A stretch of DNA of 64,000 bases from Phoronis australis (lineage: Eukaryota > Animalia > Phoronida), in assembly GCA_002633005.1 (NCBI GenBank), contig NMRA01000702.1, forward strand, positions 78,138-142,137. The letters run 5' to 3'. Below, in pieces: positions 1-14,200 of this stretch (position 1 is the first letter of the stretch; the number at the start of each line of letters is the position of its first letter). Made by a program: the position numbers and the translations under genes. The notes under the pieces are model-generated. The model was given only the letters and a program-made list of their open reading frames with translations. It did not search any database and was not told where the DNA came from.

Positions 1-171
1 TGTAGTAAACAATTGGTGTCTGGAAATGATGACAGAGAATTTGTTGACAGTGAAATGAGTCAATCGGAAGAGAGAGTTGTTGAATCAGATGTTACTGAGG
101 AACCTAATGTTGAATTAAGAAGATCAACAAGGAATAGAAAACAACCTGTTAGATTTGGATATGATGACTAA
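1..171 (+). mobile_element. 3' end of LTR-retrotransposon pol ORF (integrase C-terminal tail, gypsy-like)
   Basis: Frame 1 reads ...EEPNVELRRSTRNRKQPVRFGYDD* (RRSxRxRxxPxR motif typical of retrotransposon integrase tails), followed by a polypurine tract and an LTR. Confidence 0.75.
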
Positions 172-257
172 TATGTTAGTGTGCATGTAATTGATATAGT
201 GAACTTGATTAGTTTATTTTCTTAAAAAGAGCCTACTTTATATTTTGTGAGGGAGAG

Positions 258-522
258 TGTTGTGTACTTAGTCACACAATAACAGGATGTTTGTAGGTTG
301 TTATTGTTTATGAGTTTAGTAGTTTAATTGGTATTATGTCATGCGATTCCTAGTATAGGAAGTGTGTCAGAGGTAACGCATCATATGTTGTTATGTAGTT
401 GTGTGTATATATATTGTGATGATATGTAGAATAAATCAGTTCAGTGTTCAGTTCAATTCTGTTCGTTTCACTGCGTAGTTCATGGAGTGTCTACTTTATT
501 TGACAAAGTAAGATACACAACA
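258..522 (+). mobile_element. 3' LTR (~265 bp)
   Basis: Preceded by PPT GAGGGAGAG (249-257); begins TGTTGTGTA and ends TACACAACA (9-bp terminal inverted repeat, TG..CA); internal AATAAA at ~430. Confidence 0.85.
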
Positions 523-527
523 AATAA

Positions 528-684
528 TAGGGGTGGATCCAGGATTTTTAGTTACGGAGGACCATGATAGAGTATTAGCCAGGATTTTGCCCGTCAGACA
601 TTCGCAACCGCAAATTGCCAAAAGGAATCTGGGGGAGTTTTAGGGGGCCGTGGCCCCTTTGGCCCCCCTCTTAATCTGCCACTG
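528..684. repeat. GC-rich MITE-like element (GGATCCAGGATTTT / GGCGGATTTAGGGGG family)
   Basis: Ends TAGGGGTGGATCC...ATCTGCCACTG; related ends recur at ~32741, ~50569-50863, ~54014 and ~56508, several of them next to N gaps. Confidence 0.5.
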
Positions 685-689
685 AATAA

Positions 690-1240
690 AGTTTATTTCA
701 TATCGGATGCAGGGTTACAACAACAAACAGAGGATTCAAGTTTCCGATAACAAAATTATAAAGGGTGGACTAAAATATGTACAAAGACTAAGCAGAAGAA
801 ATATTTACAAAAAATGACATAATAAATAAGGGTTGCAACAGGAACTAAAGCATGACCTTACAGAAATCACAATTGTACTCGCGCAGATTCTCGAAGTAAG
901 TCCACGATAGTTTTTCAAAGTCATGAATGTAGCTCAAGGATGCTTTCAGATAATTTGGAAGGACGTTTCATATTTTTACTCATTGGTATTTCAAGTTATG
1001 CATACTGGGGTGCACTCTAAGTACTCCTGTTGTCAGAGGTTGGTATCGCTTTCATCTATGCTAAGTGCTCTGGGCTGCCAGTCAACCGGAAAAAATGAGA
1101 TGCCAAAAAATCACCAAAATACTGTAATTTTGGCATTTTGCTCCCTAAGATCTCACCTTTACGACTGTCCCGGTCTTGGACCATCTTCGAGTATCTTACA
1201 CAAATGTTCTGGAACAGATGTTGACTCTCACTGATTGCTG
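690..1240 (-). pseudogene. Possible decayed LINE (CR1/L2-like) reverse-transcriptase 3' end
   Basis: Minus strand reads KI*NVLPNYLKASLS, resembling the WNxLPxxLK C-terminal motif; many stops; boundaries approximate. Confidence 0.3.
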
Positions 1241-2074
1241 TAAATACCCGAGTAAACTTGGAACTCTAAGTTTTTCAAAACAATCTGAAATTAAACAGTA
1301 GTTCGTGGTTCTACCTGACCTTGCACTTACGTTCAAAAGCTTATAAAATTCTTCCCGACTTATAATCGCGAATTAGGAAGCCAGGCAAAGTGAATATTCA
1401 AAGAACGTGGCGTCAGGAAAGTTGACGTTTCTGCTGTTCAATTCTTTCATGTGTTGATTTTTCTTCCAGGAAGACACTATTTATAATTGTACCGGCTGTG
1501 TCTGAAATAAGAGAAAACCGTTTTTTTTTCGTCACATTTCTTTCATCTTGAACTGGTAAAACGGTTTCGTCTTTTTGTATTAAACTCGACAAGTTTAGAT
1601 TAATTTAGGTTTTTATGTATATTGTCCTATAGAGTTATTTTATACTTTAGGAAATATTTTGAATAATTAGAATGGTTATCAGTCAAGAACTTTTCTGTTT
1701 GGCGGACCTACATACCGTCCCGACGCATCGTAGGTAAAATGTATCGCTAGGTTTTTCAGCTAAAATAGTCCAAGTTGTCTGTAGCTGGGCTCTGCAGAGT
1801 TCTTAACTATTTATGTAACTTGGACGAACCCGCTTGAGTGAACAGTTTGTAATGCATTGTGCTACCAATCATATCCGCTTGGTACCGCGATTTCCCTGCT
1901 CAGTTGACAACGCAATTTTCTGCTCAAGTGGACAGGTACGACCGCGTTCTAAAGCGAGGGAAGTTAAAGTACTTGAAAAAGACTCTGTTTATAAGTTAAA
2001 TTAGATGTGAATTGAAAGCTTCAAAAGAACCGACAGTCCTCTACTGCTCTACACAAGAATCTACATGTTGACTT

Positions 2075-3320
2075 GGCATATCAAGTCATGGTACGCTCTA
2101 AGTACGGTCTCAAGGAATAACCAACTGTCATTGTATGATTAAAGCATGAATTCAAGGAGTAACTAACTGTCATTATATACTTTAAGTATGGTACCAAAGA
2201 ATAATCAACTGCCATTGTATGCTCCAAGTGTAGTCTCAATGAATAACCAACTGCCATTGTATGCTCCAAGCGTAGTCTCAATGAATAATCAACTGCCATT
2301 GTATGCTCCAAGCGTAGTCTCAATGAATAATCAACTGCCATTGTATGCTCCAAGCGTAGTCTCAATGAATAACCAACTGCCATTGTATGCTCCAAGCGTA
2401 GTCTCAATGAATAACCAACTGCCATTGTATGCTCCAAGCGTAGTCTCAATGAATAATCAACTGCCATTGTATGCTCCAAGCGTAGTCTCAATGAATAACC
2501 AACTGCCATTGTATGCTCCAAGCGTAGTCTCAATGAATAACCAACTGCCATTGTATGCTCCAAGCGTAGTCTCAATGAATAATCAACTGCCATTGTATGC
2601 TCCAAGCGTAGTCTCAATGAATAATCAACTGCCATTGTATGCTCCAAGCGTAGTCTCAATGAATAACCAACTGCCATTGTATGCTCCAAGCGTAGTCTCA
2701 ATGAATAACCAACTGCCATTGTATGCTCCAAGCGTAGTCTCAATGAATAATCAACTGCCATTGTATGCTCCAAGCGTAGTCTCAATGAATAATCAACTGC
2801 CATTGTATGCTCCAAGCGTAGTCTCAATGAATAACCAACTGCCATTGTATGCTCCAAGCGTAGTCTCAATGAATAACCAACTGCCATTGTATGCTCCAAG
2901 CGTAGTCTCAATGAATAACCAACTGCCATTGTATGCTCCAAGCGTAGTCTCAATGAATAACCAACTGCCATTGTATGCTCCAAGCGTAGTCTCAATGAAT
3001 AACCAACTGCCATTGTATGCTCCAAGCGTAGTCTCAATGAATAATCAACTGCCATTGTATGCTCCAAGCGTAGTCTCAATGAATAATCAACTGCCATTGT
3101 ATGCTCCAAGCGTAGTCTCAATGAATAACCAACTGCCATTGTATGCTCCAAGCGTAGTCTCAATGAATAACCAACTGCCATTGTATGCTCCAAGCGTAGT
3201 CTCAATGAATAATCAACTGCCATTGTATGCTCAAAGCGTAGTCTCAATGAATAACCAACTGCCATTGTATGCTCCAAGCGAAGTCTCAATGAATAACCAA
3301 CTGCCATTGTATGCTCCAAG
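2075..3320. repeat. 42-bp minisatellite (~27 near-identical copies plus ~3 degenerate ones)
   Basis: Unit AATAA(C/T)CAACTGCCATTGTATGCTCCAAGCGTAGTCTCAATG from 2200 to 3320; degenerate copies 2075-2199. Confidence 0.97.
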
Positions 3321-3850
3321 TTTTCATCGAATAGTTGAGCGAAAATCGTCAAATTTTGAAGACTTGCAACGTTTCCGCTTTTCCTCGGCTTTAGAAATTA
3401 GAAACACAAGTTCACGAAAACGGCTTGGTGTATTTCACTGAAGCTTTCCAACTTTCATATTTATTTATCAATCTCAAAACCGCTTCTAGGAATTTTTGCA
3501 CAGTGCCATACAGGAATACTACTGCTGTTTCTTTTATAAAAATGACGCGTTTTGCGAGTTAACTAAATGATTAATCGAAATTTCCTAGCAGTGTTTTTGA
3601 AAGATATTGGCAAGCTTTCGTTTAAAGAAGGTTTCATTAAAATCGACTAAAGGGTATTTGTGTTATGTGCTGTGAATGTTCCTTTGCTACAACTGCAAAT
3701 CTGACTAAAAAGAGTGATTACTTTATAATAACAATAACAGGTAAGTATAAGTGAATTTTATAATCCCGTATTTTTCTTCTGCTAAAAAGATATATAATTT
3801 TACTTGGCACAAGCTATTTTGTCTGGTAGTTGACGTTCAAGTAACGTTCA

Positions 3851-3964
3851 TCAATAAGGTGCTACGTACATGTAACCTCAATAAGGTGCTACGTACATGT
3901 AACCTCAATAAGGTGTTACGTACGTGTAACCTCAATAAGGTGCTACATTACATGTAACCTCAAT
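3851..3964. repeat. 27-bp tandem repeat x ~4
   Basis: Unit TCAATAAGGTGCTACGTACATGTAACC. Confidence 0.9.
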
Positions 3965-5133
3965 TCTAGTTCTGAAAGTGGGTGCAGTTTATCGCCAAAG
4001 AAGTCAGAGTAGAGAGTGAAACTGGAGATTCAGAGCTGCAAATCGATGCAACTCAATAATGTAATAATGTGTATTATTCACTTTCAATTGGGCAACAGGA
4101 AGACGCGTTCAGAGAATGGTTTACACTGTTCATGGCGCTGCTGAGTAGCCTCAGCCTCACGCTATTTATGGTAATAGTTATCTCTGAATGCAAGAGATAC
4201 CGGCCTGAGAACCCTCAGAAAGCGCTGTTCGCAAGTGGCAAAAATGAGTATTGTGCGAGAGCAGCACGATACCATTAAAGAAAAATCTGCTACTCCTTCT
4301 CCAGACACGATTTTGACATCAAGTTTAAAATAATCAATTCGACTGATACTAATAATAATAAGAAGAATATGTTTTTCAAATACTTTTTCCACCTCCTCCC
4401 AATGACGTAGGCAATGCTTCTGAGTCACAGTTCAAACAAAAAGGTGATGATGTGAATGAACGACGTGATATGTTTTCTTGAACGACAGACAATGCAGAAG
4501 TCATCTCCATTTCAACGAACACTATGAAATTTCCAGTAAATCATTCTACTGCTAAAAGATATAAGGAAACGGCATAAATTAAAATCCCATTTTTGGAGAA
4601 AATTTACTAAAACCTGAACAGAAGTTGAAAGGCAAGACTTTTCTGACTAAACACAAAACACAAGGAAACGGATATTCAAATTCCCATGGGAGCGATCAAA
4701 TTCGAGAGTAAATCATGTTGGAAGAAAGGCATTAAAGTGGCGAGCAAGCCAGAACGGCTGCGGAAGAGACTTACTTCAATGTTTAGGATTGGCGTAGAAC
4801 GAAAGTAGTGTATTTTTAGCCCTCCACGAAACGCTGAACCACGTGAAAAACATCTGTCGCCGAGGTGTGACCCGACAATTCGGATGATAATACCATGAAC
4901 TGTTGCAGCAAACAATATATTGCTGTAGAGGACACAAGGGGCAACATCCCGGCGTCATGACCTTTTACTTAGTTTTTCGTAAACTATTTTATCTCTCTAG
5001 CATGGTGTGTAAATGATATTGAGGTGTATTCATGAACCACTTGGGTTGCATATATATATTTTGTGAGAAGTATAATATAAAACAGATTAATAAATAGTGT
5101 ATACTCTGGTGAATAACGAGTGTCGGCAGTGGA

Positions 5134-5239
5134 TTACCACTCACAGCTGAATTTGGCTTCAAAGGCATGTTTTGCTCTCTCGTTGGGAAGACAGTCACCA
5201 AACGCCTCCAACAAAAGAGGCTCTTTGTCAACGGAAGAG
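5134..5239 (-). CDS. EFCAB1: Calaxin exon 6
   Basis: tttcag acceptor; [34 protein letters not shown]; an alternative GTGAGT donor at 5144 is possible. Confidence 0.88.
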
Positions 5240-8200
5240 CTGAAACAAAGCGAAAAAGAGAAGCACTGTTATTAGCGCACTTTCCGTAGTTACTTCAATG
5301 GTTTCCAAACTTTGTGTTAAATACTGCGATCAACACGAGCTTGTGTTATTTTGTACTTGCCTGAAGTCTTGCAGATTAAGATAGCCATCGTGGTCCTGGT
5401 CCATTTTCTTCATGGTAATTTCCACCAAATCTTTTATCCCTTCGTCTTGGTCTTCGTCAAAAAATTGCTGAAGCAAGTTAACAAAGAAGATATGTTAAAT
5501 GAATTTCCGAGATTTGTGGACGTTTCGGAAAACGGGAAGCGACTCATTAGATATCTGGTATTCTCATTTTTATGTATCAAATTCTCCAAATTTGAACATT
5601 TCCAAAACCGGAAATCGATGCCACATTACAGTGACTTCACCGCCTTTCTCATAATGTGCCTGTAATAAAACCTTTAACATACAGTAGGCGTCTGTTACTA
5701 GCATTCAGTGTGTGCTATGTCTACAAAAATGTCATGGCATTCTTGGATTATTTCGTAGAAGTTATAATTGAGATCGACCGACAAATGATTTCTATCGAGA
5801 CGCCCGAAGCGGAAATCGAAGGTAGAGTCCCTGTACCGTCTGACACAGCGCCACCTATACTGAAAAGTGGCCCTGTGGAAACATGATGAACTACACACGG
5901 AATTCCTTGTCTGGGCATCAATTGCGCATGCTTGGTTGGAAGTTAATCGATCACATCGTCACCACTTGCAATGGCCTTCAATGCATTGTGGTTGTTTGGG
6001 TTTAGCCACGGGATCGGGGTTCTCTTGATTTTGTTTACTTCGATCACTGCCTGTTTTAATAAATTGCACCTATTCAAGTGAAAGGTGATCGCCATACCAC
6101 GTAACAGTAAACTGAAAGGGGTTTCCCAGATTTCAGCCAATGGGAATGACTGAATGTTATGACGTAGGTTTCATGATAAACCATGATAAACAACATTTCA
6201 CAGTGCTAGCTTTCGTAGCACGGTGAAAGAGTGTAGAATCTCTGTTACTCAGTCACTAGGTGGCTAGGCCGTCTTTGAGTCGGCTCATCACGAACTGACA
6301 CACAGCATGTGGAAGTCGACATTTCGTGAGTCCGCTCAAAATTTTTTCATAATTCTACTGTAAGGGAAGCAGAAGAAGTAAAGTCCAGTATCAAAAGCTG
6401 AAATGCTTCATGTTTGTCATTGCTTTTGATGCCCGATATTACAACATAATGGCATGCTTTTTTGTCAAAAAATATTGAATTCGGATTCAGAAATCGCTGA
6501 TATCTTTGTGTACAACTGTCTATTCTTATACCGATTAGCCGTCAGGGCCCTAAACATTCCGAAACTATGATCAATACAATGAGTGTTGCAGGAATAACTC
6601 CCTCACAACTCCTTCTTCATAAATATTTCTGCCCTGTGACCTCCAAAAAGAATGTCGATATTGTTGACATCAAGATTTGTAGAATTCACAAATAACGGAT
6701 TTCAAAATTTCTAAACTCCACATCCATTCATCCGAGTTCGGTCTTTTGTGTTGCTTTTTTGAACAGTATCGTATTTTGGTGGTTTATAGTCATGTGTTTT
6801 TGCAGTTGTTTTGCATGACGTTATTAACTTTCTGCATGGTTCCCAATGCGCATCATTTCTCACAACGAGCACTGAATTAAGGCGATCAACAACCAGGAGA
6901 CACGTTTACGGTATCAGAAGCACAGAGGTCGTAATTGCCCAGTGGAATTCTTGCCACGGAGTGGGACTCAACCCGTGGCTCAGCAGGAGCGGAACAAAAT
7001 ACATCGGACCGTAACTGATTTTTTTCACACACGGCAACAGAACTCCTACCACGTGAGTGTGCCTGTTTGTGGTTTTAGCTCAGATTTCGTGGAAAGGGTT
7101 TTTTGCCAGGTTATCGATCATGTGGTGCTGGTAAGCATAATGTGGAGGGTGGTTATGTATTGGTTTCCGGAGAATGGTTTCCCGTCTTCGTACATGTACT
7201 GAGCTCCTGGTAAGGCCCTATTACAAATCCTGGATACCGTGAAACCAAAAACCAATTCAAATTTTACGAAAAGCTCACGTTCAAACTAGAGAGTCGATGT
7301 CTCGTATTTTTGGTCGGGCACTCGCGGAGATTTTGGCGTTCTTCAGTCAGTCGCCATCATTTAAATCTATTTCTTGGTGGATTGCCCAGACATAATGACG
7401 TGAAGCTAGTTCAAGGAATTCCTATAAGTTGGCAAACCACGCGGATACAACAAGAATGACGATGGACTATTTTTGTGTATACATGTACATTTATAAAGAG
7501 TCACTTTCCATTTTTGGCAATGGAGTCCCGCAATTCTAACTATGGTATTCAAATGTTACTGAAAAGGATACTAAACCCGGTCTGTCCTATTAACAGGTAT
7601 TAAAATCGACATTGCCATCCAATTCCCTGAAAGAGAATAATGCTCTGTAACCCTCGACAACCCTCAAAGGTTTGGAGACATTTTTGAAAACTCCTTCTGA
7701 AGTCTGCATAACAGGCAAGTGGGGCCAACGCTTTTAGCGAATTACAAGGCAATTGTGAGGAAAAGGCCACCAACCAAGAACAATAATCTGGGATATAAGG
7801 AGTAAGAGATTTTAGTTGCTTCGTGCGTTTATCTTTCTGGAGTAGCGCCATTAGCAGGTGACAGAACGAGGCTTACCTGAAATCATCAAAACACAGTTAA
7901 GAATCCTTTTAAGTAATCATGACTTTTAAAATTGTCTACAATCTCCAAAAATCCGGTAATCCCTCCTGTGAAACAGATCTGGTAACCAGCAGGCATAAAC
8001 AGGGCAACGAGTGCGTTTGCAACCAGCAGGCATAAACAGGGCAGCGAGTGCGTTTGCAACCAGCAGGCATAAACAGGGCAACGAGTGCGTTTGCAACCAG
8101 CAGGCATAAACAGGGCAACGAGTGCGTTTGCAACCAGCAGGCATAAACAGGGCAACGAGTGCGTTTGCAACCAGCATGCATAAACAGGGCAGCGAGTGCG

Positions 8201-11200
8201 TTTTCCAAAAGCCAATGTAATTCAATTTTTCACAAAACATTTGTCTTTCGGGAATTGTGACCCCTATGTTTCTCAGCATCCTAGATCGGAGAGTCTAAGC
8301 TTACCTTTACAAGTGTCGTTTTCAGCAAGTGAAACATTTCTTCTCGTGACAGTAAACCATCTCTGTTAAGATCGTACACGTGGAAGCAGACTGCGGAAAT
8401 ACATACGTCATCAAAACGTGAAGTTTAATATTTGCAAGAAAAATGAAGAATGCGCGGACGGACTACGTACATCTATACATGCATGTGTGCACTAGAACGC
8501 GAGTGATGTTCCGAAATCATAACAGAACACCGAGGAACCTAAATAGGCAGAAGCCAGAGCTCTATTCTACCGTACTTGCTACCAAACACAAACAAGTGTG
8601 TCTGTGCATATTGCTGATGGCACACATAGGAATGGAGACGTAAAATGTGAGCTACGGTATCAAGATGTCAGTCAAAGTTTGCACGTACAGAATAGGTGTA
8701 GAACTTGACTAACCCGAAGCCACCTTACCTTAAGGCCGTTTTAGTTAGCATGCACGCAAATCCGCTAACTCGAAACCACTTACCGTCACCTTAGTATAAG
8801 GTAACCATAAATTGCATTGAACTTAAGGTAGACTCGAGCTCAACTTAGCACCATTTTATAAATGAAGTGTTTGAAAAGGCTTCATGGCAGTAGTCCGAGG
8901 GTGCACTAGTCCGAAGGTGCACTGGTCCGAAGGTGTCCACGTTTCTCTGTCACTGAATAGACGCGAAAAACTATTATTATTACTATTATTATTGTCATTG
9001 TTATTGTTATTGTTATTGCTATATTGTAAAAATAATTGTTTATCATCTACGCGCCGAACTAAAAATAGGTTATCCAAAAAAACATAGCAATAGTTCTGCC
9101 ATATCTTATCTCGGTCTCGTTGGGACATTCCCACATGAAAATGAATTCGAGATAGGATACATATGAAAATATGGCCATTGTATATATGTGACGTATTCAA
9201 CTGTGATATACATATAGGTTATCCCACATAAATAGGAACACTTCTGCGATATCCTTATTGAATTCATTTCATCTGGGAATGACCCAACTCGACCGAATAT
9301 TTATCCCATATATTTGGACTTATTTATTGCATCATCGTGGCAATACCTTGTTGCCGTGTGATCCGGCTAGTTGTTATATGACGTCATATGTATGCCAAGT
9401 ACGGTACAAAAACTGGTTAAGCTACAAGACAATCTGTGAAAGTGTTAAATGACCAGTACAGTTATATTTCGTAATAAATTCATCGGAATTTTCAGATTGT
9501 GATTTATAGAAGTTAAAGCCTTGAATCATTCAATTATATCAAAAGTTTGTCGGAAACTTAGAAACAATCCATCCGGGAATATAAAAATTGAAACATTCCC
9601 TGAACTGACTGAGTTGTCTGTAACACGGCTTTTTTGTCAGCTTTGACGAATTTCTTAGTTTTCTTGGCCTAGTTTCGTGTCTTAGGCTGGACTGCACATA
9701 GCAGTAGAAACATTTCTCTGTGTTGATCACAGAATTGGAAAATAAAGGTGGAAATTGTGCTGATTTGCAGAACTTGAAGTAAGGACTATCGCAAAGCAGA
9801 AGTTTTACGTCACGCCCGCGACGGAGAGTTAAACGCTGCGAGCAGACGATTGCTTCAGTAAAAAACACATAGTCCTACTCGTCATTAGGTCTTGGTTTCC
9901 TGTAAAGACCTTAGATCCCAGGGTAGATATATTGGATGCATCCATAACGAAACGTTTTTGTTGGATTTGAATTAGATTTTGGCAGATTTTACTAGCCGGT
10001 GACCTTAACATGTATGATGACCCAGATGGAAACTTCAGTGAGACCCAAAAATAGCCGCCTGATCACGTGCGTCGCGGAATTTTCATCGGTAAATCTTTTC
10101 TGTTTTTAGAGCATGTTTTTAGAGCAATAAAACTGCTTTTTCAAGAACGATGCCTTGAGTTAATGATTAAGGTAACCTAAATGAACCCAATAAAATTTGG
10201 CGTTGTACACGCGAATTTACTCCACCACCAGAGTGCACACCAACCGTGAAATACGGCTTCTACCGTTGAACTGCTTCTACCGTGATATACGGATTGGATC
10301 TACTTTCCCGTATATCACAGTTGAATAAGTCACATATACAATGGCCATATTTTCACGTGGGATAAGGGAAAGTAGAGTCAATCCGTATATCACGGTAGAA
10401 GCCGTATTCACCGGTAGCCGTATTTCACAGTTGGTGTGCACTCTGGTGGTGGAGTAAATTCGCGTGTACAACGCCAAATTTTATTGGGTTCAATCATTTG
10501 GGTTACCTAAATCATTAATTCAAGGCATTCCTCATGAAAAAACAGTTTTACTGCTCTAAAACAGAAAAGATTTACCGGTGAAAATTCCGACGCACGGTGA
10601 TCAGGCGGCTATTTTTGGGCCTCGCTGAAGTTTCAATCTGGGTCATCATACATGTAATTAGGTCAAAGTGAGTAAGGTCACCGGCTAGTAAAATCTGCCA
10701 AAATCTAATTCAAATCCAACCAAAACGTTTCGTTATTTGCATACAGTATATATCTACCCTGGGATCTAAGGTCTTTACAGGATATCAAGACCTAATAACG
10801 AACATATGTGTTTTTTACTGAGACAATCGCTTGCTCGCAGCGTGGCATCTCTGGCCGTGGGGTAAAACTTTTGCTTTGCGATAGTCCTTACCTCTAGTTT
10901 TGCAAATCAGCACAATTTCCCGCCGTTATTTTCCAATGTTGTGATCAACACCAGGAAATATTTCTATTGCTATGTACAGTCCAGTAGCTAAGATACGAAC
11001 ATAGACCAAGAAAACTACGAAATTCATCTAAGTTAAGATCACAAACTGCTGCAGAAAACTCAGTTCATTGAATGTTTCAATTTTCATATTCCCGGGTGGA
11101 TTACGTCTAAATTTCCTACAAACTTTTGATATAATTGAATGGTTCGATGCTTTAACTTGTATATTTCACAATCTAAAAATTCCGATGTATTTAATACGAA

Positions 11201-14200
11201 ATAAAACTTTACTGGTCATATTGACTTATTAGTATCATCGCCGTAAAACCTTGTTGCCTTGTGCTCGGGCTTGTTCTTATATGACGTCATATCTATGTCA
11301 AGTACGGTACCCAAGCAGGTTACTGAAGCCACAAGACTATCTGTGAAAGTGTTGAATAATCAATAAAGATTTTTTTCATAATAAATTGATTAGAATTTTC
11401 AGTCTGTGAAATATATAAGTTAAAACACTGAAACACTCAATAATATCAAAAATTAGTCGGAAACTTGGAGACAATCCATCTGTGAATATAAAAGTTGAAA
11501 CATTCCCTGAACAGTTTGTGCTGCAGTGTGTCGTTTTAGCTACGATGAATTTCTTAGTTGTCTTGTTTTTTTTTTGTGTCTTAGCTACTGGACTGTAAGT
11601 AGTAATAGAAGCATTCTCCGTGTTGATCACAGCATTGGAAAATAACGGTGGAAACTGTGCTGATTTGCAGAACTTGAGGTAAGGACTGTATCGCAAAAAG
11701 CAGATTTCACGCCACGACCGGCAGCGATGGAAACGGCTTTCGTTGAGACGATAGACCGAAGACTTGTTCGAGTTAATCGCTTTATTCATCTCGACCGTAC
11801 GTTCACAAGCCTACTCAGACAAAACGCCCGGCGTAATGTCTGTTATATGCTCCAGTGAAGCCTTAACTTGTGATGAACTTCTGAAACACTTCAAGCAACT
11901 GTTACACTCGTTGATTCAATAATCTGCTGTCTCTATAGCTGGCTCTCTATTGACTATCGCTGTAACTGCTGATTCTCTTCAGTGCAACTCAACTGTAACT
12001 CTCTTGTAACTAACTTTAACTGACTTTCAACTTTTTAACTGACTGTCACAAACCCGTGCTTGGTTATGTATAGTCTCATGCCAAATTCTAGAACTTTACA
12101 CCAATTCAAGCACATTCTAGAACTTTCTGGAATCTACCCAATCATTCTACAAACATAAACTAGGCTCTAGAATGTTCCAGATTACATTAAGCACTTACAT
12201 GCTAGATTCTTTGATAAGCAAATTACATCGTCTCTGACTTGACCTTAGGGGTCATGCCAATCAATAACTATCTGCAAGAACACAAAAAGAAATTATAGAA
12301 CAAAATAATTGAATTAAGAACAGAGTCAGTCCACTCCTGACAAATGATACCATTTATCTTTTTACAAATATGGCATCTTTTCACATCTAACCCGAAAATA
12401 CTTAGTACTATTTAATTTCTAAGGTGATTGGTATGTCATATGTTGTTTTAAAAGACGCATCGATGTGTCTGGTAGTCAAAGAAATTACTTAGAAATGTGC
12501 ACGCTGTGTGCAGGCGACCTATCTGTGACACATGGCGGAAAAATATTAAAACGATCCTAAATATGTTTGGTTCGGAAATAATGTATTCAATAATTTTTTA
12601 AAATTTTTTTTGGAAATTCATTGGCTATTGTGTTACCTAAATACCTAAATACGGATTTGTCACACTGAAATCGCAAAATATGAAGAAGCACAGATATTTG
12701 ACGTTACGTTGACGTAAAAATCCTTCAAGTCAGTCATTTGTGACAATCGCGTAATTCTGTGAGATGTAACTTAAGATGGCTTCGAGTTAATCACCCTGGA
12801 TAACCACTGGCTCGCTCATGCTGATCTGAAGAAAATAATTCTGGCAGCTATATAGGCGCATCGTGTGTTTTCGACCTCCTTAGGTACACGTTCAAAGTAT
12901 TTCCGCCAACTGCAAATTTCCAACAGAAGTGTAGTTCGGAAAAGAGAGAGGTTCACACGATGCCAGAAATTGTTAATCAGGAAAATACAATCAACAATGA
13001 CGGGTCCTACTCCTAAGCGAAATAATGTCCCTTAGCTGGATTTATCTAGCTTGCAGCCTTTCATGAACGTTTTTAGGATGGCCAGGTGCATTGGCCGCGT
13101 AATATGAACAGCAGCGTATCCACTTAACGCAGGTTTCCTTCATTACACTGTTTCTAATCAACGGTATTCGCACCAACGTCTCTTTTTAACTTACATAGTT
13201 TCTTTTCATCACAATTGCCTCTCAGAAAGACGGACAAACCACACACCCACTCTTCCATAGATATCATGTTATCACTATCTGTATCGAAGGCACGAAACAC
13301 TACAAAACATAAATATAGAGCACATTGTATTTTCCACAACAAACGACGTGGTGAGGTCTCTGCCGTCGTGCATCTGTAGAAGTGGTAATCGTGTCCTGAT
13401 CGATCATCGAATTATTTTTGGCATTTCCTAATAATAAATGTCTCTTATTCTCTTCTCCATTGCATTATATGATACGGGAGTAACTGCCTAATCCTTGCAT
13501 TTGGTGACCCCAGCATTAAGTCCAAAATTTCAAACCTGATCTCGAAATTTCCAGTTTTTACTGGTGTGTGTACCTCGATTCTAAGGGAAATCAAGTGCAA
13601 TGTGTAATGCGGTTAGAATAACTTGTCTAAACAGAGCAAATAACGTAAACAAGATTTTTTTACTACACTTAAATAGAGCACTTAGTAACCTACACTCTGT
13701 CAGTGTTAGGAATGGTAGCATTGTGGAATGTTGTTCAACATGGCTTATCATTGGTTAAAGTAATGAAACCAACGTCATAACATTCAGTCATTCTGATTGG
13801 TTGAAATCTGGGAACCCCATTCAATTTACGTAGTAGGGCGATCACTTTTGACTTGAATAGTTGTAATTCATTAAAACGGGTAGTGATCGAAGTAAACAAA
13901 ATTAAACCCTATCCAACGGCTTAAGCCCAAACAAGTTCAGAGCACAGAAGGCGTGCGCAAGTGATGGCGATGTCACCGGTAAACTTCCGACCAAACATGC
14001 GCATTGTTGCCCTCACACGGAATTCCGTGTGTCGTTCATCATGTTTCCACACGGAAACTTTTCAGTATAGGTGGCTCTGGGTCAGATGGTACGGTCAGTA
14101 GAGACCAGTCGTAATAAGACATAGACACCTATCGGGAATTTTTGAAACAGTCAAACTGCTAAAAATGTGACGTAGTATCACGAGATTCCACTCGCTACAT

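Noticed and set aside
1334-1501. Possible minus-strand exon with good splice sites downstream of calaxin
   Set aside because: All three frames contain stops and no homology was recognised.
2200-3320. CRISPR-like array or 417/423-aa repeat proteins
   Set aside because: Units are contiguous with no unique spacers, the context is eukaryotic, and the ORFs follow from a 42-bp (3n) unit lacking stops.
7886-8279. Cys-rich repeat ORFs ([11 protein letters not shown])
   Set aside because: Translation of a 37-bp non-triplet tandem repeat in a calaxin intron.
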